From: a bacterium | Lineage (GTDB): Bacteria; UBA8248 | Assembly: GCA_965261085.1 (NCBI GenBank) | Contig: OZ253442.1 | Span: 1,536,001-1,600,000 of the forward strand | Length of the DNA stretch: 64,000 nucleotides | Direction of reading: 5' to 3' | Shown here: in pieces, positions 57,906 to 64,000 of the stretch | Layout: every line of letters begins with the position of its first letter | Numbering within the stretch: position 1 is the first letter of the stretch | Translations under genes and position numbers: made by a program | Notes under the pieces: generated by a model | The model's input: the letters and a program-made list of their open reading frames with translations, nothing else | What the model was told of the DNA's origin: nothing | Databases searched by the model: none

Positions 57906-59183
57906 ATGGCGAGAAATGAGTCGAAAAAACTTCCGTTCACCCTTTTCTTGATATCGCTATCATTGCACTTGTTCGTATTCGCGGCCTCAAGTCATGAATA
58001 CGTTTGGAGCAAACCTGTCAAGACAAGCCGTCCTCTGAAGTTTCGAGTCGTAGCCGTCGAGAAGGCCAAGAAAAAACTTCCACCTAACCCCCAAAGTCGG
58101 TTTTTATCGAATGCCAACCGAAAAGAAAGTGGTTCCGGCAAACCCGGCAAGACCCCGCTCTTAAGGCGCGAAAACAAAGACCGTATTCCCTCGCGTAGAG
58201 GTGAGCTTGTCCCTAATGTAGCGTCTTTAGCGCCAGCTCCAAAATCGAAGCTTCCAGTTCCAGTCGCCACGCCGGTGCGGCCTACACCCCCGGCAGTCGC
58301 AATGCCAAAGCCTGAGCCTAATAAGGTGGAGAAATCGAAGGAAAGGAAAGCTCTGCCGACACCGGAAACAAAGGAAACGCCCCAGTTAATAGAAACGGCG
58401 AGACTTAGCCCGGCCCCTAAGCCTCCACTTAAAATCCCATCACCTGCTCTTAGAGAAAAAATCAAACCAAAAGAAGAAAAGATAAAATCAAAAGCGCGTG
58501 TAGAACCAATAAAGAAAAAAATCGTAAACAAGGTTGTTGCAAAAGACAAGCGCAAGCCTAAACCAGTGGTCAAGAAAAAGGTGCTGAAGGAGATCGTCAG
58601 GAAGAAACCTCCCAAAGAGAAAAAGAAAGTCCAAGCAAAGGGAATAAGAAAAGAGAAGCTTAAAGTAGCCGCGTTGAAACCGGTTCCTCGGCCGATTCGG
58701 CCGCGACGTCCAGCCCCCAAGCGGCCTGAAACAAAAGACCCTTTGGCGCTATTTAGAGTGAAGCCCCAGCCAAAGGGAAAGCCCAATGCCCCCAAGTTCG
58801 ATCTCTCGGATGAAGAGGCGGACAGAATCGCAAAAAAAAGTTTGTTGGATAAAGACCTGGAAAAAGAAGAAGGTGAAACGATTTCGCTTGATACGCGTGA
58901 TTTTCGATACGCTTCCTATTTCGCTCATATAAAGAGAAGAATCCAGAATGCCTGGATATGGCCTCCAGAGGCGCAAAAGTACGGGGGCAAGTTGTTGTTG
59001 CGTTTTAAGCTGAGAGAAAATGGAACTTTGGAGGAAGTGCGTCTAATAAAGTCTGCAGGCATTCGAATTCTCGATGACTTGGCAATGGCCGCGGTCACCA
59101 AGGCGGCGCCGTTCGAGCCGATTCCTGTGGGTCTTAAGCGTCTAATGCGTAAATCAATAACAGCCACGTTTGTGTATGATTGA
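57906..59183 (+). CDS. TonB/TolA-type energy transducer
   Basis: N-terminal TM with SLSLH, long Pro/Lys linker, and TonB-C (YFAHIKRRI..W..P, SAG..LDD.A..AV..AAPF). Confidence 0.85.
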   Translation: MARNESKKLPFTLFLISLSLHLFVFAASSHEYVWSKPVKTSRPLKFRVVAVEKAKKKLPPNPQSRFLSNANRKESGSGKPGKTPLLRRENKDRIPSRRGELVPNVASLAPAPKSKLPVPVATPVRPTPPAVAMPKPEPNKVEKSKERKALPTPETKETPQLIETARLSPAPKPPLKIPSPALREKIKPKEEKIKSKARVEPIKKKIVNKVVAKDKRKPKPVVKKKVLKEIVRKKPPKEKKKVQAKGIRKEKLKVAALKPVPRPIRPRRPAPKRPETKDPLALFRVKPQPKGKPNAPKFDLSDEEADRIAKKSLLDKDLEKEEGETISLDTRDFRYASYFAHIKRRIQNAWIWPPEAQKYGGKLLLRFKLRENGTLEEVRLIKSAGIRILDDLAMAAVTKAAPFEPIPVGLKRLMRKSITATFVYD

Positions 59184-59228
59184 GTCGGATAGGAGCCCCA
59201 TTAGCGCATTTTGGGGTGATATAATTGG

Positions 59229-59257
59229 TTGACACCTGCAAGTGCTGAATTTACGAT
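59229..59257 (+). promoter_or_regulatory. Sigma70-type promoter
   Basis: TTGACA-17 bp-TACGAT upstream of the DtxR-family gene. Confidence 0.6.
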
Positions 59258-59295
59258 AATTTTTTGGTTTTTAATGCTAAGCAGGGGATTGTTCT

Positions 59296-59967
59296 TTGCC
59301 CGAGTCATCGTCACGGTTAAGCAAACATATCGAAGATTATTTGAAAAATATCTTCAAGCTTCAACAAAAGGCGTCTCCCGTCACTACGAGCGCGATTGCC
59401 GAGTGCATGGAAATATCGGCGGCATCGGTAACGAGCATGGTCAAAAAACTCGATCACTTGGGTTTGTTGACATATAAGCCATACAAGGGGGTTGTCTTAA
59501 GCAAAAAAGGCGAGAAAGTCGCTTTAGAGATTATTCGGCATCATCGATTGCTCGAACTGTATCTCAACCAAAAGATGGGAATTGAATGGGACAAGGTAGA
59601 TGTCGAGGCGGAAGAATTGGAGCATGTCTTGAGCGAGGAGTTGGAAGCCGTTTTGGACAAAGAACTTGGCTATCCCACCTTGGATCCCCACGGGGATCCG
59701 ATTCCCGCAAAAGATGGCACCATGATTGATACGAAGGAAATTGGTCTACTATCGCTTGAGGTGGGGCGAGCCACAAAAATCACCCGTGTTTTGCAAGATG
59801 ATCCAAATATATTGCGCTACTTGGGAGAGCTTGGTTTTTTCCCCGAAATGGCCATTGAGGTCATCGAGCAATCGCCTCTCGCAGGTACGGTAACGTTATT
59901 GGTCAATGGAAACAGACATATATTGGGCCGTGATATCGCCTCTCGAATTTTTGCTCTAAACGAATAG
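59296..59967 (+). CDS. DtxR/MntR family metal-dependent regulator with FeoA-like domain
   Basis: EDYLK, RHHRLLE, EAEELEH and DPHGDPIP. Confidence 0.93.
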   Translation: MPESSSRLSKHIEDYLKNIFKLQQKASPVTTSAIAECMEISAASVTSMVKKLDHLGLLTYKPYKGVVLSKKGEKVALEIIRHHRLLELYLNQKMGIEWDKVDVEAEELEHVLSEELEAVLDKELGYPTLDPHGDPIPAKDGTMIDTKEIGLLSLEVGRATKITRVLQDDPNILRYLGELGFFPEMAIEVIEQSPLAGTVTLLVNGNRHILGRDIASRIFALNE

Positions 59968-60170
59968 AATTGTATCTTTCATCGAAATCAATTCCTTGTT
60001 TCGTAGTTCTTTCAGCATAAAGTATACTTTTCCATATGGCGTTTATTTGAAGTAATTGCTGGACAGAACTTGGCCATACTGTCTGAGAGCAAAAAGACGA
60101 ATCTCAGCCAAAACCATTTGGAAAAACAACAGCATCGTGGGGTTTTTGAGCATTTTCATTAGGAGATGAC

Positions 60171-60734
60171 ATGCCTGCAAAGAAACAGACAACCAGGGGA
60201 AAGGCCGCCAAACAAGATTTTGACCACCGTTTCCGCGCCATCTATGCCAAGGATGTCGAGTGGCAAGAAGATGTGAGCAACGAACTGCTTACGCTGCCGA
60301 AAGGGGTTAAGGTGAAGATATTCGCCCATGATCCGGTGATGAAGCGCATCGACATGAAGGTGAAATTTCCGAAAGGCTATGTGGAACCTAGTCATACGCA
60401 CAAGAGTTGGCATTCCATTCTGGTGACTCGGGGTAGGATGTGCGTAGCGGGCAAGGATTTGAGGCCGGGCGATTATGTTTTCGGGTGGGATTTGCCGCAT
60501 GGACCCTATGAATACCCCGATGGCTGTGAGGTTTTTGTCGTCTTCATGGGCGACGGCACACAGCACGTTTGGGAAGAAGAAAAGCATCTCAAGCACAAAT
60601 TAAAGTGGGAAGCCGAATCGGCTGCGGGCAAAAAAGCCGCCGCCAAGGGCGATATGGCAAGGAAGCAGGCATTGGCGAAAAAAAGAGTGGCTGCAAAGTC
60701 CGCAGGGAAGAAAAAAACGGGTCGCGCGGGATGA
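60171..60734 (+). CDS. Cupin (ChrR/cupin_7-like) with basic Lys/Ala tails
   Basis: PSHTH, PGDY and PHGP; K/A-rich ends. Confidence 0.75.
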   Translation: MPAKKQTTRGKAAKQDFDHRFRAIYAKDVEWQEDVSNELLTLPKGVKVKIFAHDPVMKRIDMKVKFPKGYVEPSHTHKSWHSILVTRGRMCVAGKDLRPGDYVFGWDLPHGPYEYPDGCEVFVVFMGDGTQHVWEEEKHLKHKLKWEAESAAGKKAAAKGDMARKQALAKKRVAAKSAGKKKTGRAG

Positions 60735-60738
60735 GATA

Positions 60739-61758
60739 ATGACGCCGCAACGAATCGCCGTAATAGGAGCCGGCGCCTGGGGAACGGCGCTGGCGGATTT
60801 GTTCTCTGAAATCGGCCACGAAGTGACGCTTTGGGTTTTTGAAGCCGACCTTTGTGTTCGCATGGCCTCGCAACGTGAAAATGACGTGTATCTCCCGGGT
60901 ATCGCCCTTCATGAAAACTTGCGGTTCACGTCCGATTTGGCCGAAGCCGCCTCGGCGGGGCAGGATATTCTCGTGAGTGTGATGCCGAGCCACGTTGTTC
61001 GAGGAGTGTGGGCGAAGCTGGCGCCTTCGATTCACGAGGAAACGATTATCGCCAGCGCCACGAAGGGCGTGGAAGAAAATACCCTGCGCCTGCCCAGCCA
61101 GATTATCTCTGAATGCATCGGTGAAGCAGGTGGCGAGCAGCGCGTGCTCGCTTGTCTCTCTGGGCCTACGTTCGCTCGCGAGCTTGCGGAGAGAAGACCC
61201 ACGGCCATCACGGCGGCGTCTGATGATTCCGAAGTGGCGCACGCGATTCAAGAAGCGCTCTCCGCGCCCCATTTCAGGATTTACACGGGCGTTGACCCCA
61301 TCGGCGCCCAGCTCGGCGGGGCGCTCAAAAACGTCATCGCCCTGGCGGCGGGCATCGCGGACGGCATGGAACTCGGGCTCAACGCGAGGGCGGCGCTTAT
61401 CGTGCGCGGGCTGGCGGAAATCGGGCGATTGGGCGTAGCGATGGGCGGGCGGGCGGAGACGTTCGCAGGCCTCGCGGGAATGGGCGATCTTGTGCTCACG
61501 TGCACGGGAGATCTGAGCAGGAATAGAACGGTGGGCGTGCGATTGGGGAGAGGGGAACCCTTGCAGAAGATACTCGAATCCATGACGGCCGTCGCCGAGG
61601 GCGTCTCCACTGCGCCGGCGGCCGTGGGGCTGGCGGATAAGTTCGGGGTGGAGATGCCCATATGCCGCGAGGTGCACGCCATATTGTTCGAGGGCAGGGG
61701 TCCCAAGGACGCCGTGAGGGCCCTCATGTCGCGTCCGCTGAAGGCTGAACTCCCCTAG
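60739..61758 (+). CDS. gpsA: NAD(P)H-dependent glycerol-3-phosphate dehydrogenase
   Basis: GAGAWGTA, TKG, SGPTFA, LKNVIA and GDLVLTC..SRN. Confidence 0.97.
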   Translation: MTPQRIAVIGAGAWGTALADLFSEIGHEVTLWVFEADLCVRMASQRENDVYLPGIALHENLRFTSDLAEAASAGQDILVSVMPSHVVRGVWAKLAPSIHEETIIASATKGVEENTLRLPSQIISECIGEAGGEQRVLACLSGPTFARELAERRPTAITAASDDSEVAHAIQEALSAPHFRIYTGVDPIGAQLGGALKNVIALAAGIADGMELGLNARAALIVRGLAEIGRLGVAMGGRAETFAGLAGMGDLVLTCTGDLSRNRTVGVRLGRGEPLQKILESMTAVAEGVSTAPAAVGLADKFGVEMPICREVHAILFEGRGPKDAVRALMSRPLKAELP

Positions 61759-62313
61759 GAGGCTGCGGGCAATTGCGGGCAGGTGCGGGGAAATGCGGGG
61801 GAGGCGAAAACCTTTTTTTGTCGCTAAATCTGAGTGCAAGTCGCAAAGATTTGAAAGCAACTCTTTGTATTACAACCGTTTACATGGCTAATTCTTTTTA
61901 GAAATTTATCGAAAAACCCCGTGAATTTATCGATATTTGCAGGAAATTGGATTATTTTCATTTTTCTCGTCATTTCCAGGTCCATGAGCACGCCTCCCCT
62001 GCTCGCCGTGACCGATCCCGAGCGGTGAGGATCAAACATGATTGATGAGGGATGGGTTCTTCCGACTGAGTACGCGGCAATCGCCGCCTTCACGCTCGCC
62101 CTCTCGCCGGTTTCCATAAGAAAGCCTCCTCTCCTCTTGGTGATCAATCCCGATTGATGAATGAGGGATTGACCCCAGCGGTCAGCGAGGGTCGATTCCG
62201 ACCAAAGCGGAAGAAATTCCTTCCCCGCGTCGCGCGCACGATAGCGGAATACGGGATATGAGGAAGTACGGCAATTGCGGGGAATTGCGGTCTTGTCCGG
62301 TTTTATGGAAGTT

Positions 62314-62603
62314 GTAGGGGCGGCCCTCTGTGGCCGCCCGCGCCGCTTTCCCGAGGAGGGGATGAGCATGCGCGTTTGCTCGTGGGCGTGAGAAGGTGAA
62401 TAAGTGATAATACGATAGAAGGATATGTTGTCCGCCCTTGATTGCGTTGCTCCGATGTTGACGATCTTTGTAGCGGGCGGCTCGCGAGCCGCCCGCGCTT
62501 CTTTGATATTACCGTGATTCCGGCGCATGCCGGAATCCAGAACTGAACAATTTCTCATCCGACTAGTCCCCCGTGGTTGCCACCGGTTTTTGCCGGAGTG
62601 ACG
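62314..62603. repeat. REP-like palindromes (GTAG-type and CGTSATTCCGGCG-type)
   Basis: GTAGGGGCGGCC..GGCCGCCC (62314), GTAGCGGGCGGCTCGCGAGCCGCCCGC (62470) and CGTGATTCCGGCGCATGCCGGAATCCAG...GCCGGAGTGACG (62513-62603). Confidence 0.75.
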
Positions 62604-62685
62604 AGGTGGTGAGATCAATTCCGGTTAGGGAGACAAATTGGCAACTGGTATATAGAGGGGGCAATGAGATCTCGGTGCGCGAACT

Positions 62686-63177
62686 TTATCCGTTCGTCTT
62701 GGATTCTTCTGCTTGCCGAAACGTTTCTTCCACTTCTTTAATTCGCTGTGATTTTGCAAACCCCCGAATCTCGGAATATGTCTTGGGGCTGGACATACTT
62801 TTGATGAACTGTTTCTTGGCGTATTCGTTTTTGAGAACCTGCGGGATTACTTCGCGCATGTAATCTTTCACTTGTTCCTTGGTGGTGCCATAAAAGAGGC
62901 TCTTGTTGTGCAGGTGGCATGTTCCCTCAAGCAGACTCAGAACTTCGACTAACTCGAAGTTTTTGTTCTTCTCTTCCGCGTCCCTGAATTTCCGCCAACT
63001 ATTAGAGAATTGTTCTCTGATTTGCAAATAGCTATTCAGGTCACTCGTTCTTGCTTGTCTGCGAATCCACCAAGCGGTGAAACCAAGCGTGATTCCATTG
63101 AGAACAAGTAGACCAAAAAGTATCCAATCTCCACTGTCCATGTTATTGATGAAGCAATATAACCAAGACAAATCCAA
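62686..63177 (-). CDS. Membrane-anchored hypothetical protein (DUF4760-like layout)
   Basis: Single N-terminal TM helix followed by a helical domain; AT-rich. Confidence 0.7.
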   Translation of the reverse strand: MDLSWLYCFINNMDSGDWILFGLLVLNGITLGFTAWWIRRQARTSDLNSYLQIREQFSNSWRKFRDAEEKNKNFELVEVLSLLEGTCHLHNKSLFYGTTKEQVKDYMREVIPQVLKNEYAKKQFIKSMSSPKTYSEIRGFAKSQRIKEVEETFRQAEESKTNG

Positions 63178-63181
63178 AACC

Positions 63182-63439
63182 CTACTGCTTCTGATTTGGT
63201 TTATCTTGGGAACTTATCCGTCGCTCTCCTGTTCCCTTTTGCAGATTATCGCCGTCGCCCGAGCCGTCGCTAGGTGGATTGCCACTATTCTTTAGGTCCT
63301 CGTTACTAATAGCGGGTAGAATTTGGAGATGATGGGAAACCGGCTCGCTTAATTCGAGCATTTCCGATTCGTTAAATGGGAGCTTTTCAAGAAGTTTAGA
63401 GCGAGATTTGACCGACCTTTCGTGGTCCTTGTCATTCAT
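63182..63439 (-). CDS. Small disordered hypothetical peptide (paralogue A)
   Basis: SD AAAGGA upstream; shares P.SHH and SDGS.GDG.N.Q with 63529-63750. Confidence 0.65.
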   Translation of the reverse strand: MNDKDHERSVKSRSKLLEKLPFNESEMLELSEPVSHHLQILPAISNEDLKNSGNPPSDGSGDGDNLQKGTGERRISSQDKPNQKQ

Positions 63440-63528
63440 AATGTTTTCCTTTCACAATTGTGTTACTCGCCACCATCAAAACTTGAACCGAGGAGCTTTT
63501 CCATCATCATCAACCGGGCTGATATGTT

Positions 63529-63750
63529 TTAAGATTCATCGCTCTGTGTATTCTCGCCGTCGCCTTGGGAACCATCGCTGCTACTTGCGTTGCCACCGGA
63601 TTGTTCTACTTCTTGTCCCCCACCTTCTCCGTCACTATCCAAGGTATCAGTGTGATGACTTGTAGGAGTCGCCGCATCCTTAATTAAACGTTCTTGAGAC
63701 CTAATGGGTGCAGATAACTCCTGTGGCTCTTTGTTGTCTTCGCCCGTCAT
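63529..63750 (-). CDS. Small acidic disordered peptide (paralogue B)
   Basis: SD AAGGAG upstream; motif shared with 63182-63439. Confidence 0.65.
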   Translation of the reverse strand: MTGEDNKEPQELSAPIRSQERLIKDAATPTSHHTDTLDSDGEGGGQEVEQSGGNASSSDGSQGDGENTQSDES

Positions 63751-63805
63751 GGTGTTTGCTCCTTCTCATCTGCGTTCTGAATGTTGAAGAACCCCGCTTA
63801 GAGCA

Positions 63806-63886
63806 TCATATTATCATTTCCAGATTCATCTTGAGCAACTCCGCTAGCGCATCCTCTTCGGAAATGCCAGTGAACTGGCCGTAGGG
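63806..63886 (-). pseudogene. C-terminal remnant resembling type IIG/IIL (MmeI-like) R-M enzymes
   Basis: Translates as PYGQFTGISEEDALAELLKMNLEMII*; in-frame stop just upstream and no start codon. Confidence 0.55.
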
Positions 63887-63905
63887 ACACTACGGTCTTC
63901 CCCCC

Positions 63906-64000
63906 CTATATCTCCTCAAGCAACTCTTTCCAGCGTTGTCTGTTGCTCGGCTGCGTGCCGTATTCGTCCAACTGCTTGCCGACGTTTCCCAGAAAATCTT
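63906..64000 (-). CDS. 3' end of a hypothetical CDS entering from beyond the window
   Basis: Open frame ...DFLGNVGKQLDEYGTQPSNRQRWKELLEEI* ending at TAG. Confidence 0.5.
   Translation of the reverse strand, partial: DFLGNVGKQLDEYGTQPSNRQRWKELLEEI

Noticed and set aside
62038-62157. 39-aa ORF MIDEGWVLPTEY... with a GAGGA upstream
   Set aside because: It runs into the mini-element at 62142 and has no recognisable features; the support is insufficient.

Overview
GC-rich Gram-negative bacterial chromosome segment. The tmk-holB-PSP1-metG-tatD/radical-SAM order and HrcA/CIRCE control of groESL resemble Nitrospinota/Nitrospirota/deltaproteobacteria-type lineages (inference). Most of the window is housekeeping: recN (partial), nadK, dtd, glgA-glgC, purD, rsmE-prmA, dnaJ-hrcA, an NtrC-type two-component pair, lhr, groES-groEL, tonB, an mntR/dtxR-type regulator and gpsA. 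The main stand-out is an 11-gene type II fatty-acid/polyketide-like cluster (4742-14468). It encodes a FabL-like reductase, an oversized AcpXL-like carrier protein, four ketosynthase-fold genes (two Cys-His-His, one Cys->Ala, one Cys->Ser), two FabZ paralogues, FabG, its own AcpS and a terminal LpxL/HtrB-family acyltransferase, so it is a candidate pathway for an unusual lipid A/glycolipid acyl chain. The second theme is non-coding architecture between 43 and 64 kb: three REP-like palindrome families, a ~53-bp mini-element nested inside them, a duplicated promoter cassette around an orphan patatin, and a 28-bp AT-rich element in inverted orientation at two core/accessory junctions. Accessory cargo includes a convergent type II R-M pair, two paralogous small acidic peptides and a type IIG/IIL R-M C-terminal remnant. 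I found no CRISPR array, rRNA, tRNA, integrase or transposase.
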